From positions 1,184,001 through 1,248,000 of the forward strand of contig CAXXXD010000003.1 in the NCBI GenBank assembly GCA_963663385.2: DNA of 64,000 nucleotides. Reading direction: 5' to 3'. Shown here piece by piece: positions 28,070 through 39,197 of this stretch. The position numbers and the translations under genes are program-made. The first letter of the stretch is position 1, and each line of letters opens with the position of its first letter. The notes below the pieces were generated by a model, which did no database searches, was not told the origin of the DNA, and saw nothing but the letters and a program-made list of their open reading frames with translations. The DNA is from Oceanispirochaeta sp. (lineage in GTDB: Bacteria; Spirochaetota; Spirochaetia; DSM-2461).

Positions 28070-29737
28070 TTATTCTTCCAGTGGAATCGGTAAAGTTCCA
28101 ATGGGATTGAAATCTCCCCGGATTGCAGCAAACCCGGACATATAGGATTCCTTGCCCGTTCCGTATACAGCTACAGCATCTTTAACCCAGGGCAGTTCAT
28201 TCATATAGACGGGAGTAAGAGAGGATAGGATTATTATCTTGTCGGCCAGTACTTCCAATTCCGAAAGGATTCTTAAATCCTGATAGCGGGAAAGACTGAA
28301 AAGAATATAATCATAGCCGGAAGATAAACTTAAAAGATCATCTATCAGGGACCACTTTTCTGATGTATCAAAGGAGTAGGGAATACGGAATATATCCGAA
28401 TCCGGAAAAAACTGAGTTCCCCACGAGCGATAGTCAGAAAAAAGCCCGGCAATAAGAACACGTTTGGATTCTGAGATGGGTATGTTTTCCTTTCTGATAA
28501 AAGTTGTACTGCGGGCGGCCTGATTAAAGAAAAAATCCTGACTCCCTTCTGCAGGGATAATGCTTTTTTCTTCCTGATACTCCGGAATCAGAGGAACCGG
28601 ATCTTCTCTTTTCAGATAGGAAACTTTAGTATCCAGAACCCTGCGGGCTGCCTGATATACTATTTCATAAAATTCAGGTTCTTCTTTCATCATGGGAAGA
28701 AGATAGTTCCATATCTTTTCATGTTCAGAAGGATTCCTGCTTACAAGCAGAAAATCGCTTCCGGAACGTAGAGCTGTTTCACAGACAACCGGTAAACTAC
28801 TGTTCCGGTACTGTGCACCATGCATAACAAGGTCATCAGTTATAATAAGACCTTCAAAGCCCATTTCCTCCCTGAGGATATCTTTCAGAAAAACAGAACT
28901 GAGGGAAGCCGGGATTTCATCTCCAGTGATATTGGGAAAAGCCAGGTGCCCGGCCATAATGGCAGGAAGCCCTTCCTTGATCATCATACGATACGGCACA
29001 AGATCATTATGTTCCAGAAAATCCCTGTCCGAAAGGATAACAGGAAGAGTCCCATGGGAATCCTTGTCTGCATTTCCATGACCAGGAAAGTGTTTCGCCG
29101 TACTGATGACACCGGCTTCATCCATACCCTTGAAAAAGGCTGTACCCAGAAGTCCCGTCTGAACCGGATTGTCAGAAAACGCTCTGGGACCGACTACATC
29201 AGCCAGGGGATTTAGAAAGACATCCACTGTGGGGGCAAAATTCATATTGATACCGAGAGCCCGGAGTTCCTTACCTATATAGAGGCCGGTATTATAGGCA
29301 TCGTAGGGAAGACCCGAGGCTCCGATTGCCATATTACCGGGTGTAATCGAAGTGTTTCCTTTTATATGCCTGACCCATCCGCCTTCCTGATCTGTTGCCA
29401 CAATAAGGGGAATCTTTAAATCAGTCCCGGTTGCCGCCCTCTGCATTGCGGCTATGGTATCCGAAAGAACATTCAGATCATTTGCATTCCAGCCAAAAAC
29501 CTTGATACCGCCAACTTTATATTCGGTAATCCATTCCAATATTGTTTCGGAGGCTGTTTCGCCCATATACCCCAGCATCAGAACCTGTCCGAGAAGGGCT
29601 TCCGGGTCCATCTGCTCTAATAATCTGTCAACAAGCTCGTCCTCGGGGAGATCCGATTCAAATGTTATCTGCTGGGAATATAAAAATGCTCCTGCATAAA
29701 ACAACAGGAGCAGATAAATACTAATTGTTCTTATCAC
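28070..29737 (-). CDS. GH3 beta-N-acetylhexosaminidase (NagZ-like), secreted
   Basis: Signal peptide; DQEGG, KHFPGHG...DSH, ITDDLVM. Confidence 0.88.
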   Translation of the reverse strand: MIRTISIYLLLLFYAGAFLYSQQITFESDLPEDELVDRLLEQMDPEALLGQVLMLGYMGETASETILEWITEYKVGGIKVFGWNANDLNVLSDTIAAMQRAATGTDLKIPLIVATDQEGGWVRHIKGNTSITPGNMAIGASGLPYDAYNTGLYIGKELRALGINMNFAPTVDVFLNPLADVVGPRAFSDNPVQTGLLGTAFFKGMDEAGVISTAKHFPGHGNADKDSHGTLPVILSDRDFLEHNDLVPYRMMIKEGLPAIMAGHLAFPNITGDEIPASLSSVFLKDILREEMGFEGLIITDDLVMHGAQYRNSSLPVVCETALRSGSDFLLVSRNPSEHEKIWNYLLPMMKEEPEFYEIVYQAARRVLDTKVSYLKREDPVPLIPEYQEEKSIIPAEGSQDFFFNQAARSTTFIRKENIPISESKRVLIAGLFSDYRSWGTQFFPDSDIFRIPYSFDTSEKWSLIDDLLSLSSGYDYILFSLSRYQDLRILSELEVLADKIIILSSLTPVYMNELPWVKDAVAVYGTGKESYMSGFAAIRGDFNPIGTLPIPLEE

Positions 29738-29761
29738 ACCTTACCTCAAATCATTTGAGGT

Positions 29762-30694
29762 TTAAATATAGGCTTCTCCTTTGAGGTCGTCAATATAACC
29801 GGCTGCTTTATGAGCTGCAATCGCACCATCAGAAGCTGCAACAATAAGTTGACGGAAGGGGGTATCCCTTACATCACCTATTGCATACAGTCCCTTTACG
29901 GAAGTTTCCATATTTTTATCAGTTTTTATATAACCTGCTTCATCTTTTTCAATATCTGGTACAAGCTGAGTCTGAGGAACGGAGCCAACAAAGATAAACA
30001 CAGCGTCGAAGTTTTCATCACTGGTTTCTCCAGTTTCCGTATTACTGAGAGATACAGTATTTAACTTGGTTTCATCACCCTTGATTTCCTTCACCACCGT
30101 GTTGAAGCGAACTTCAATATTGGGATTATTCAGAACTTTTTCGGCAACTGCCTTTTGAGCACGGAATCTGTCACGGCGATGAATCATGACAACCTGATCT
30201 GTCAGGTTCGCCAGATAGTTGGCTTCATCACAAGCCGCATCACCCCCGCCGACAACCAGCATTTTCTTGTTCTTGAAAAATGGTCCGTCACAGGTTGCAC
30301 AATAGGAAACACCTTTCCCGGAAAATTCCTCCTCTCCGGGAACACCAAGATGGCGATGTTTTGCTCCAGTTGCGATAACAACAGTTTTTGCTGCAACTTT
30401 TTCTTTTGATGTTTCAATCTGGAAGGTATTTCCTTCTTTAACAATTCCTTTCACAGATGCTGTCAGAAATTCCGCTCCGAATTTCTGTGCCTGTTTATGC
30501 ATATCCATGGAGAATTGAAAACCGTTTACAGGTTCAGGGAATCCGGGATAGTTTTCAAGATCTGCTATCAACAGGGCCTGTCCTCCCGGCGCCATTTCTT
30601 CAATTACCAGAGTACTCAGATTTGAACGGGCTCCATATTGAGCTGCTGTAAGCCCTGCGATACCACCACCTATAATGACCAGATCTTTTTCCAT
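29762..30694 (-). CDS. trxB: Thioredoxin reductase
   Basis: GGGIAGL, CATCDG, GGGDAA, HRRD. Confidence 0.96.
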   Translation of the reverse strand: MEKDLVIIGGGIAGLTAAQYGARSNLSTLVIEEMAPGGQALLIADLENYPGFPEPVNGFQFSMDMHKQAQKFGAEFLTASVKGIVKEGNTFQIETSKEKVAAKTVVIATGAKHRHLGVPGEEEFSGKGVSYCATCDGPFFKNKKMLVVGGGDAACDEANYLANLTDQVVMIHRRDRFRAQKAVAEKVLNNPNIEVRFNTVVKEIKGDETKLNTVSLSNTETGETSDENFDAVFIFVGSVPQTQLVPDIEKDEAGYIKTDKNMETSVKGLYAIGDVRDTPFRQLIVAASDGAIAAHKAAGYIDDLKGEAYI

Positions 30695-30834
30695 ATTTTA
30701 TATATCTCCTTAACGCTATATATGATTCCATGAAGTTACAGGTATAATATAACAACTACTTAAACAATAGGCAAATTCCTGTTAAGTCTATTATGTTCTA
30801 TTTTGCACTATTACACATTTAAAATAGACTACAG

Positions 30835-32280
30835 ATGAAATATAATGCAATTATGATCTGTAATAAAGTTGGAAAAATCCTATTCTCTCTTATTCTGATA
30901 CTTCTCGAAGCAGGTCAGGTAGATGCCCTGAACGTTCCTTTTCAGAGCAATCCCCGTATAGCGGAAATGGGTCTTATAGCAGAGCCGTTAAATACACAGG
31001 AACTCATAATACTCCTCCTTCTGGCATCCGGAACGGATAATGAGGAAATCCCCGCAAATACAGAAAGACTTGGAGCGCTTATTGCCGAGCTTCCAGTCTA
31101 CATTCAGGAAAGGAAGGGTGACGTACCGACTGGTGAAGCTGTTTTAATTTACCTTCATGAAAAAGTATTGAAGAATTATAGACTGGACCAAACCCGGTTG
31201 GATGTGCTGTTGGATACGGGGAGTTATAATTGTGTCTCCTCCGCAGCTCTCTACCTGTTGCTCAGCCGTTCTATAAACCTGGAAACCTTTGGAATCCATT
31301 CCGTGGATCACGTATTCTGTGCAGTAAAACCTTCCGGAAGTTCAGTAGCGATAGATGTTGAAACTACAAATATATGGGGATATAACCCGGGTGAAAAAAA
31401 GGATTTTGAATCAGAATTTACAAGCAGTACAGGTTATGTCTATGTTCCACCCGGAGATTACTCAAACAGAATCAAACTCGAGGATAAGGACATGGCCGGT
31501 TTAATTCTACAAAACCGGATTGTGGAACTGCAGAAGAAAAACAGATATATAGAGGCTCTATCTTTAGCCGCGGATCGTCTGTCTCTAACCGGATCCAGAC
31601 AGGCGGAAAAAGACTACTTTGATTCGGTTCAGAATTTAGCCGCCTGGTATAACAACCTCCATCAATATGAAGAGGGGATTCTTGTTATAAATACAGCGGA
31701 AAAAGGGTCCTTTGAACTCCCGTCATTCCTGAAAGAAACACGGTATCAGCTGGTTTACAATCTATGTGGTTCAATACTGAATAGAGGTGATACAGATCTG
31801 GCTGAAAAACTGCTGCTGGAGTATCAGCAGCTCCTGCCGGAAAACGTCTTTCAGGAACTTTCCTTTTTAATAGAAGAGAAACGTCTGGATCAACTCATTA
31901 AAGAAGGATATTCCGAATCCACTGTAAATGAAATCGAAGCCTCCTTTTCCATGGGTCTTATAACAGAAAAGAGGGCTGCAGAAATGATAACATACCTATT
32001 GGCAAAAGAAGCGGAACGGTTATCTCTTAACGGCGGGTACCTGGAAGGGCTTCTGTTTCTGAGGGATGCCATGACCGGGTTCCATATGGGCGCCGATCTC
32101 TCTCATCTTATATCCGTTTATGAGCAAAACTATGCTGTATCAATACATAACACGGCTATCCCGTTCCTGAATTCCAGAGATTATGAAAAGGCGAAAGCCC
32201 TGATAAGAGAAGGACTCAGTTATATACCTGACAATCCGATTCTCCAAAAAGATTTAGCAAATCTCGAATCCCGGGAATAA
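30835..32280 (+). CDS. Secreted hypothetical protein with transglutaminase-like triad and TPR-like helices
   Basis: YNCVSS...DHVF...DVETT; helical-repeat C-terminal half; start uncertain. Confidence 0.65.
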   Translation: MKYNAIMICNKVGKILFSLILILLEAGQVDALNVPFQSNPRIAEMGLIAEPLNTQELIILLLLASGTDNEEIPANTERLGALIAELPVYIQERKGDVPTGEAVLIYLHEKVLKNYRLDQTRLDVLLDTGSYNCVSSAALYLLLSRSINLETFGIHSVDHVFCAVKPSGSSVAIDVETTNIWGYNPGEKKDFESEFTSSTGYVYVPPGDYSNRIKLEDKDMAGLILQNRIVELQKKNRYIEALSLAADRLSLTGSRQAEKDYFDSVQNLAAWYNNLHQYEEGILVINTAEKGSFELPSFLKETRYQLVYNLCGSILNRGDTDLAEKLLLEYQQLLPENVFQELSFLIEEKRLDQLIKEGYSESTVNEIEASFSMGLITEKRAAEMITYLLAKEAERLSLNGGYLEGLLFLRDAMTGFHMGADLSHLISVYEQNYAVSIHNTAIPFLNSRDYEKAKALIREGLSYIPDNPILQKDLANLESRE

Positions 32281-32303
32281 AGTCGAAAATAAAAATAATT
32301 TCC

Positions 32304-32331
32304 TAAAATTGCAGCCTCAGAATTCCGAAAA
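32304..32331 (+). promoter_or_regulatory. sigma28-like promoter of the flgN operon
   Basis: TAAA-N16-TCCGAAAA. Confidence 0.55.
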
Positions 32332-32351
32332 TATATAGAAGGAGTTTATTA

Positions 32352-32852
32352 ATGTCTGCGGATTTATTGATCGAAAAGCTGATACAAATCTTGAAAAGGG
32401 AACTTGCTCTGTTAAAAGGATATAATGCGGATTGTGAAAAACTCCATAAACTTATAGTGGCAAAAAACTGGATGGAACTGGAAAAAACACTATCCCTCCT
32501 GAGGAATAAAGCAGAAATCCTGGCTGCAGAAGATAGTGAGCGGGAAATGGTAATAAATCTTCTCAAAGATGAAATGAAAATATCAGAACACAGTTCATTC
32601 GGTTTGCTGCTCAGCCTTTTTCCGGCAGTAGAGAAAAGACTGACTAATGATCTGAAACGAGAAATACGCCATTCCGTTATGATGCTTAAAGGCAGAATAA
32701 ACGGGATAGGAAAATATACAGAAAGCCAGACATCGGCTTTGAAAGATGTTCTTGATATTCTGATTCCCGATCAAAAGGGGAAAATTTATACTCGCAATGG
32801 TTCAGCTTCTAATACCGGATCAAATCCAATGCTGTTCAGCAGGAATTTCTAG
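32352..32852 (+). CDS. flgN: Flagellar export chaperone FlgN
   Basis: Helical protein directly before flgK; C-terminal YTRNG motif. Confidence 0.75.
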   Translation: MSADLLIEKLIQILKRELALLKGYNADCEKLHKLIVAKNWMELEKTLSLLRNKAEILAAEDSEREMVINLLKDEMKISEHSSFGLLLSLFPAVEKRLTNDLKREIRHSVMMLKGRINGIGKYTESQTSALKDVLDILIPDQKGKIYTRNGSASNTGSNPMLFSRNF

Positions 32853-32872
32853 AAGGTATAAAGGAAAAGGTT

Positions 32873-34750
32873 ATGGGATCAACATTCAGCGGCATTGAGT
32901 TAGGGAAAAGGAGTCTTCAGGCTCATACACAGGGGTTGCAGACAATCGGACATAATATGAGTAACGCTGCAACAGAAGGGTACAGCAGACAGCGTGTGCG
33001 CTTATCTGCAACAGATCCGATATATATGCCTCAACTGAATAGGGAAGAGAGACCCGGGCAGATAGGGCAGGGTGTCGATGTCACTATGGTTGAACGGATA
33101 CGGGACACTCTTCTGGATAACAGGATACTGGCGCAGGGTGATGAAACAGGATATTGGGAGACTCGGGACCAGTATCTGCTTATGGTTGAACAGATATATA
33201 ATGAACCCTACGATACCTCTGTCAGAACTCTCATGGATAAATTCTGGGATGGTTGGCAGGAGTTATCCGTACATCCGGAAGATATGTCCTCCCGGCAGGC
33301 GGTTTTAAAGCGGAGCGAATCTCTTATCGATGGTATAAACAGCCGCTACACGCGTCTTAAAGAAACCCGTGTTATGCTGAATGACGATATAAAAGTATCT
33401 GTAGGTGAAGTAAATGGATTACTGAACGATATTTCCAGGCTGAATGAGCAAATAGAAAAGTCCCAGGCCCTCGGAGATAATCCTAATGATCTTCTTGATA
33501 AGAGAGATCTGCTTGTTGAAAAATTATCAGGATTTATGAATGTCACCGTAGATAACAGAGATCCTGATGAGTTTCTTATTCATACACAGGGGATGCATCT
33601 GATTCAGGGGAAACAGGTGAATCTTCTTAAAACAGAGCCGAATCCTCTGAATGAAGGTCATGTTGATGTCCTGTGGGGCGATACAAATGAACCTGTGGAA
33701 ATAAGAAACGGAAAACTGGCCGCCCTGCTGGAACTCCGGGATAATGATGTCCGGGGAGAAATTCAGAAACTCGATATGATGACAGTAAATTTTACGGATA
33801 TGGTAAATGAAGTACACCGATCTGCCTTTTCTGCAAACGGACAGACCGGTATGGATTTCTTTTCCGAGTATCCATTTGTTAATAATCTGGCCGGAAATTA
33901 CGATCTTAACGGAGATGGGGAGTACGACCACTCCTATGTTTTTCGTATTAACGGATACAACGAGATGGATCCTGAACAGCAGACGGGTCTCGAAGGAGTC
34001 ATTACTCTTTCCGGAGCCGGAGGGAACATCGAAATAAACTATCATCCGACTGACAGGGTCAGCGATATAGTGGACAGGATTAATAATGCCGGAGCAGAAG
34101 TAAAAGCGTTTATAGATAGAAGCGGGCATTTTGCCTTAAAGGCTACCCATTCATCAGATCTGAATAACCCTGATTTTGTTATACGTCATGTCGAAGATTC
34201 GGGGCAGTTTTTAAGTGGTTATACGGGAATCCTCAGCGGTTCAGGGCCGGAAAATGCCTATGACTGGAATCGGGCGGATGCAGTTGACGGATTAAGAGAA
34301 GGAGATGTCCGTTACAGTGTCGCTCCTCTGGCACATCCATCCGGATGGTTGAGAGTCAATCCTGCTCTCCAGGCAGATCCAACGGCGATTGCATCCGGTT
34401 TTGGAGACAATGAAAGAACCGCACTTCCCGGCGATGGAAGCGCCGCGCTGGAGATGGCTTCTCTGAGGCAAAAATCCGTCATGGTTGGTCAGGCTAATAC
34501 ATTTGATGATTATTTTGCCTCATCAGTGGCAGAAATCGGACTAAAAGGGGAAATAGCTCAACAGGCCAATGAGTCTCAGCAGCTAGTAATGAAAGATTTA
34601 AAAGATTTTCAATCCTCCATATCCGGCGTCAATATGGATGAAGAAATGGCCGAAATGATTAAATTCCAGCACGGCTATAATGCGGCGGCACGTTTTGTTA
34701 ATGAAATAAACCAGATGCTGGATACCATAATCAACAGGATGGGAGTGTAA
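32873..34750 (+). CDS. flgK: Flagellar hook-associated protein 1
   Basis: GHNMSNAATEGYSRQRV; SGVNMDEEMAEMIKFQHGYNAAAR. Confidence 0.97.
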   Translation: MGSTFSGIELGKRSLQAHTQGLQTIGHNMSNAATEGYSRQRVRLSATDPIYMPQLNREERPGQIGQGVDVTMVERIRDTLLDNRILAQGDETGYWETRDQYLLMVEQIYNEPYDTSVRTLMDKFWDGWQELSVHPEDMSSRQAVLKRSESLIDGINSRYTRLKETRVMLNDDIKVSVGEVNGLLNDISRLNEQIEKSQALGDNPNDLLDKRDLLVEKLSGFMNVTVDNRDPDEFLIHTQGMHLIQGKQVNLLKTEPNPLNEGHVDVLWGDTNEPVEIRNGKLAALLELRDNDVRGEIQKLDMMTVNFTDMVNEVHRSAFSANGQTGMDFFSEYPFVNNLAGNYDLNGDGEYDHSYVFRINGYNEMDPEQQTGLEGVITLSGAGGNIEINYHPTDRVSDIVDRINNAGAEVKAFIDRSGHFALKATHSSDLNNPDFVIRHVEDSGQFLSGYTGILSGSGPENAYDWNRADAVDGLREGDVRYSVAPLAHPSGWLRVNPALQADPTAIASGFGDNERTALPGDGSAALEMASLRQKSVMVGQANTFDDYFASSVAEIGLKGEIAQQANESQQLVMKDLKDFQSSISGVNMDEEMAEMIKFQHGYNAAARFVNEINQMLDTIINRMGV

Positions 34751-34753
34751 TGT

Positions 34754-36001
34754 ATGAGACGAATAAGTTCAGGAATGCCTAATGCTGATATGCAGTATCA
34801 AATGCGTTTGCGTGATTTCAGGATGAATGAAATGCAAAGCAGCATAGGAAGCAGTCGCAGGTTGAATAATCTGAGGGACGATCCAATTGCTGCAGCACAC
34901 TCAACCAGGTACCAGTCTTATGTCACGCATCTGGATCGCTACGCAAGGAATATTGATTATGCCAAAGGTGAATATTCCCTTGCCGAAACATCTATGGATC
35001 AGTCTGTGCAGATAGTACAGCGTTTAAGAGAGCTTGCTGTACAGGGGAGTAACGGCACCTTTACGAAAGAAGATATGGGTTATATGGCTGCGGAAGCGAA
35101 TGAACTGCTGAACGAGCTTGTTTCCATCGGAAATGCAAGGAGTGCGGACGGCAGGGCGCTTTTCGGAGGGAATGATACCCTGGATGACCCATTTGTAGTA
35201 ATGAAGGGACGGGTCCCCGGGATGGAAGGTACCGCAATTACCTCTGTTAACTATACAGGTAATATTGTGGCCAATAAAACAGATATTTCCGAAAATGCTA
35301 CAATCGATTTGAATTTTAAAGGGAATTCAGTTTTCTGGGCGGAAAAACAGCAGATATTTGCCCAGAGGGACGCTCTGGAATATGTAGTCACGCAGGATTC
35401 AGAATTTAGCATTGACGGGACGAAAATAGCTCTGCAGACCGGAGACAATGTGCATTCGATCATTCAAAAGATAAATGACAGCGATATCGCAGTTAAGGCT
35501 TTTCTTGATCCGGTTACAAACAGCATGACCCTGGAGACGACCATTCCCCATCAGATATGGCTTGATGAAGCGCCGGATGACAGGGTGTTGAAGGATCTTG
35601 GAATCCTGGCGGAATCGGGAAGCAGACCCCCTGCGAATCTTCATAAGGATGTAGTTGTGGGCGGGGGATCTCTATATGATATGATAATTTCCCTCCGGGA
35701 TAGCCTGCTTGCAGGTGATAATGAATCTGTCGGCGGAAGGATTCTGGGAGGTCTGGATAAATCGCTTGGAACACTCCTTTACAATTTGTCGGATTTAGGG
35801 TCGAGGAGTGAAAGACTGGATCAAACCTATGCCCGTCTTGACAGTGAAAGATTAAATGTAATATCCATGAATGCAAAACTGACAGATGTTGACATGACAG
35901 AGGCCATTACGAATCTGAAGATGCTGGAATATACCCAAAAAGCCGCCTATCAATCGGCATCAAAAATACTTGATACAAAACTGATGGATTTTCTGAGGTA
36001 A
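34754..36001 (+). CDS. flgL: Flagellar hook-associated protein 3
   Basis: Flagellin-like termini, DDPIAAA, C-terminal LMDFLR; follows flgK. Confidence 0.95.
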   Translation: MRRISSGMPNADMQYQMRLRDFRMNEMQSSIGSSRRLNNLRDDPIAAAHSTRYQSYVTHLDRYARNIDYAKGEYSLAETSMDQSVQIVQRLRELAVQGSNGTFTKEDMGYMAAEANELLNELVSIGNARSADGRALFGGNDTLDDPFVVMKGRVPGMEGTAITSVNYTGNIVANKTDISENATIDLNFKGNSVFWAEKQQIFAQRDALEYVVTQDSEFSIDGTKIALQTGDNVHSIIQKINDSDIAVKAFLDPVTNSMTLETTIPHQIWLDEAPDDRVLKDLGILAESGSRPPANLHKDVVVGGGSLYDMIISLRDSLLAGDNESVGGRILGGLDKSLGTLLYNLSDLGSRSERLDQTYARLDSERLNVISMNAKLTDVDMTEAITNLKMLEYTQKAAYQSASKILDTKLMDFLR

Positions 36002-36004
36002 GAA

Positions 36005-36463
36005 ATGCAGGTAAAAACAAAAGCATACGGTGAAGTTGAAATTGATGAAAGACAGATTATACAACTTCCCACCGGTTTATTCGGGTTTGAAACCCTTCAT
36101 GATTATGTGTTAATGGATGCCAGGCAACAGCCATTTTACTGGCTTCAGTCTCTGGACGTTGAACAGGTAGCGTTCGTTCTTATTAAACCGACTGTTTTTA
36201 AACCGGGATATAAACCTGGTGTAATGAAGTCGGAACTGGAATCATTGAACCTTAAATCAGAGGATGACGATGATGCACTGGTATTCAGTATAGTCACGTT
36301 CCATGAAAAAGATCAGTCAATGACAGCAAATCTTCAGGGCCCTGTGATTATCAATAAAAGCAGCAGGATAGGAAAACAGTGTATTTCTATCGACTCCAAT
36401 TGGAAAACAAGGCATAATATTGCAGAAGAGTTAGCTTCGCAAAAGGATAGCCGTGTATGCTGA
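36005..36463 (+). CDS. fliW: Flagellar assembly factor FliW
   Basis: [24 protein letters not shown]. Confidence 0.95.
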   Translation: MQVKTKAYGEVEIDERQIIQLPTGLFGFETLHDYVLMDARQQPFYWLQSLDVEQVAFVLIKPTVFKPGYKPGVMKSELESLNLKSEDDDDALVFSIVTFHEKDQSMTANLQGPVIINKSSRIGKQCISIDSNWKTRHNIAEELASQKDSRVC

Positions 36464-36693
36464 TATTGTCCAGAAAAAAAGATGAGAGCATTGTAATAGG
36501 TGACAATATAACTATTTCTGTTGTAGATATTAAAGGTGATCAGGTTAAACTGGGTATTGATGCCCCGCATGATGTAAAGGTATTTCGTCAGGAAGTATAT
36601 AAAGCTATACAGGAAGAGAATAAAGCGGCTGCCAGTATATCAGCCATTCCGGATAATCTATCTCTTGAAAGTCTTATGAGAAAAAAGGATTAA
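36457..36693 (+). CDS. csrA: Carbon storage regulator CsrA
   Basis: [16 protein letters not shown]...VKLGIDAP...RQEVY..IQEENK, with the C-terminal extension typical of FliW-binding CsrA. Confidence 0.97.
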   Translation: MLILSRKKDESIVIGDNITISVVDIKGDQVKLGIDAPHDVKVFRQEVYKAIQEENKAAASISAIPDNLSLESLMRKKD

Positions 36694-37835
36694 TCTTTAG
36701 AAATATCAAAAATCTCCTCGAATTTTGCTTCATTAAATACAAAAGCATCAACAAGATTAGGGTCAAAGTGAGAACCCTTTCCTTTTAATATTAATTTCCG
36801 GGCCTCCTTGTGACTGAAATTCGCTTTATAGCTCCGTTTGGATCTTAAGGCGTCATAAACATCCGAAATTGCGACAATCCTAGCTGACAAAGGAATCATA
36901 TCTCCCATAATTCCATAGGGATACCCGCTTCCATCCCATTTTTCATGATGGGAAAGGGCTATTTCCTTAGCCATGGGATTAGGGTAGGTACTGAGAATAT
37001 AAGCCCCATTTTTTGTATGTTCATTCATAATCTCTCTTTCCCAGTCATCCAATGGCCCATCCTTATTAAGGATATCATCGGGAGTACCGATTTTCCCGAC
37101 ATCATGCATGGCTGCAAGAAAAGAAATATCTTCAATAAAGGCGTCATCTATTTCCGGATAGTAGGGATTTCCCTTCAATTTCTGACTTAAAAGACGTGAA
37201 TATTTATTTACACGTTCAATATGATCGCCTGTATCATTATCTTTGAGTTTTGAAGCTTCCAATAAACTCATAAAAGTACTTTGAAGCATATTTTTAAAAT
37301 CACTGGTAATGATATCCCAGCAGCATAAATAGATGACGGGGTTATCCTCAGAATTGTAGAAAAGGGGCCTGATCATAACATTGAGAAAGGTAGTAAAATT
37401 CTTATCTTCAACAGGATAGATCCGTCCCTTCCAGGTGTAGGACAGGTTCGGGTTTTCCAAAGCCGATTTCAGTTCATTACTTAATCTGAACCCGCTGTCA
37501 AGTTTAAATAACTCCGGTAAACAGTGATTTACAGGACTCTTCATAAATGTCAGGTTTTTGAGGAATTCCAGGTTTGTCCACTGTATATTCATGTCCAAAT
37601 CGATGAGACAGCTTGGTATTATGCTGTTCCTGTTTCTATTTATCCATTTTCTAAGATCTTCACGGTTAAGCAAATCATCCTGAATTCTATCTTCCAGATC
37701 AGTAAACAGTGACCAACAGTAAGCTCTGGTATCAGAAAATACTTCTTCATCAGAAATCTCAATCAGTTCTTCAATTTCTTCCGTTTCTCTGGAGTTATTA
37801 CTTATGACTTGAGGATCATCCGCCATTTTACTCAC
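36690..37835 (-). CDS. HD-GYP c-di-GMP phosphodiesterase with PAS-like N-terminus
   Basis: [34 protein letters not shown]. Confidence 0.9.
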   Translation of the reverse strand: MSKMADDPQVISNNSRETEEIEELIEISDEEVFSDTRAYCWSLFTDLEDRIQDDLLNREDLRKWINRNRNSIIPSCLIDLDMNIQWTNLEFLKNLTFMKSPVNHCLPELFKLDSGFRLSNELKSALENPNLSYTWKGRIYPVEDKNFTTFLNVMIRPLFYNSEDNPVIYLCCWDIITSDFKNMLQSTFMSLLEASKLKDNDTGDHIERVNKYSRLLSQKLKGNPYYPEIDDAFIEDISFLAAMHDVGKIGTPDDILNKDGPLDDWEREIMNEHTKNGAYILSTYPNPMAKEIALSHHEKWDGSGYPYGIMGDMIPLSARIVAISDVYDALRSKRSYKANFSHKEARKLILKGKGSHFDPNLVDAFVFNEAKFEEIFDISKD

Positions 37836-38490
37836 CGAACATAGCTATTTCAGCTTCGCTCTTTCTTATATAAACAGGGCCGGAGTCAATGGAAAGAGGG
37901 CCGCGGGCCGCATAGGTTTTCAATCCCAATTCAAGGAGTTGTCTAGATTTTCCGGCAGATGCGTTGCCATCAAGGAATACACCTTCTCGACTACTGCTGT
38001 CTATCATAATGCAATCAGGACCTGTAAACAGAATATTCCTTTCATCTTTCAATAAACTAAGGAGATCATCGATGCTAATATCCAGGATCTCAGAAATTCG
38101 TGTACCCTTTTTATATATAGCACAATAAAAGCACTTTTTCTTGGCATCAATTAAAGGAACAACAACTCCCGGGAAATAATCGAACCCATAGGCAAGGTAA
38201 TCCGTTGTCGGTACAGCCGTATAGGGGATACTCAATGCTGCCGCCATCCCCTTAACAGTCGACATGGCTATTCGTAAACCTGTAAAAGATCCGGGTCCTT
38301 CGGAACAGATAAGTAGTTGAAGATCTTTTTTTTCCAATCCGGAAGTTACCAGTAGATGATCTATCTGTTTTAATAAATTCTCCGAATGTTTTAACCCGCA
38401 ATCCAGCGTCACTTCATAATAGGAAGATTCCGATTTGAGGCAGATACTTAACAGGCTAGCAGAGCTGTCAACAGCTAGAATATTTTTCAA
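37828..38490 (-). CDS. tsaB: tRNA t6A biosynthesis protein TsaB
   Basis: ILAVDSS, GPGSFTGLRI, PVYIRKSEAE. Confidence 0.95.
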   Translation of the reverse strand: MKNILAVDSSASLLSICLKSESSYYEVTLDCGLKHSENLLKQIDHLLVTSGLEKKDLQLLICSEGPGSFTGLRIAMSTVKGMAAALSIPYTAVPTTDYLAYGFDYFPGVVVPLIDAKKKCFYCAIYKKGTRISEILDISIDDLLSLLKDERNILFTGPDCIMIDSSSREGVFLDGNASAGKSRQLLELGLKTYAARGPLSIDSGPVYIRKSEAEIAMFGE

Positions 38491-38909
38491 ATGTCAATCC
38501 CCTCAACTTCTATTTTTCTGTTCAGATCAGACATAATGGTAATTCTGATAATTTTCTTATCTTCAGGGAGGTAATCCTCTATTCTTTCACTCCATTCAAT
38601 AACGGATATACCATTTCCAAAAAGTAAATCTTCGGCTCCAAGCATTTCAAACTCATCAATACTGTCAATTCTATATAAATCCATGTGATAGAGAGGGCAG
38701 GTTCCATAATATTCGGAGATCAAAGTATAGGTAGGGCTGGTTATCTCATCCGGAATATGAAGAGCCAGAGCTATCCCTTTGGTTAGAGAGGTTTTCCCGG
38801 CACCAAGATCTCCCTCCATACATACTATATCTCCCGGTTGAAGTTTTGCTCCGATTTTTTTTCCTGTATTGATCGTTTCTTCAAAACTTCCGCTTATCAA
38901 TTTGGTCAA
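38487..38909 (-). CDS. tsaE: tRNA t6A biosynthesis ATPase TsaE
   Basis: GDLGAGKT, SPTYTLI, HMDLYR, IEW. Confidence 0.96.
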   Translation of the reverse strand: MTKLISGSFEETINTGKKIGAKLQPGDIVCMEGDLGAGKTSLTKGIALALHIPDEITSPTYTLISEYYGTCPLYHMDLYRIDSIDEFEMLGAEDLLFGNGISVIEWSERIEDYLPEDKKIIRITIMSDLNRKIEVEGIDI

Positions 38910-38912
38910 AGA

Positions 38913-39167
38913 TTATCCTTTTTTATCTATGGAACTAATCTTATTCTTCAATAATTTAAGAATAGGTAATAGAGGATAATCTATTGAATCGAGAAGTTCA
39001 ACGGTTACATCCCTTTCTCCTGTAGGTTTAATCTCTACGGTGGAATTAAAACGGATAGAGGCTTTCCTGTCAGCAATCAATGAAAATACAGCCGTACCTT
39101 CATAATGATTTCTATAATATATTAAAGTATCTTTTTTTTTCAGTTTTTCAATAGCAAGCAATTCCAT
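38913..39167 (-). CDS. Hypothetical protein (84 aa)
   Basis: Tight operonic spacing upstream of tsaE; AGGAAAG SD. Confidence 0.75.
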   Translation of the reverse strand: MELLAIEKLKKKDTLIYYRNHYEGTAVFSLIADRKASIRFNSTVEIKPTGERDVTVELLDSIDYPLLPILKLLKNKISSIDKKG

Positions 39168-39197
39168 GAACTTTCCTAAATTAATTATTATTCAATT

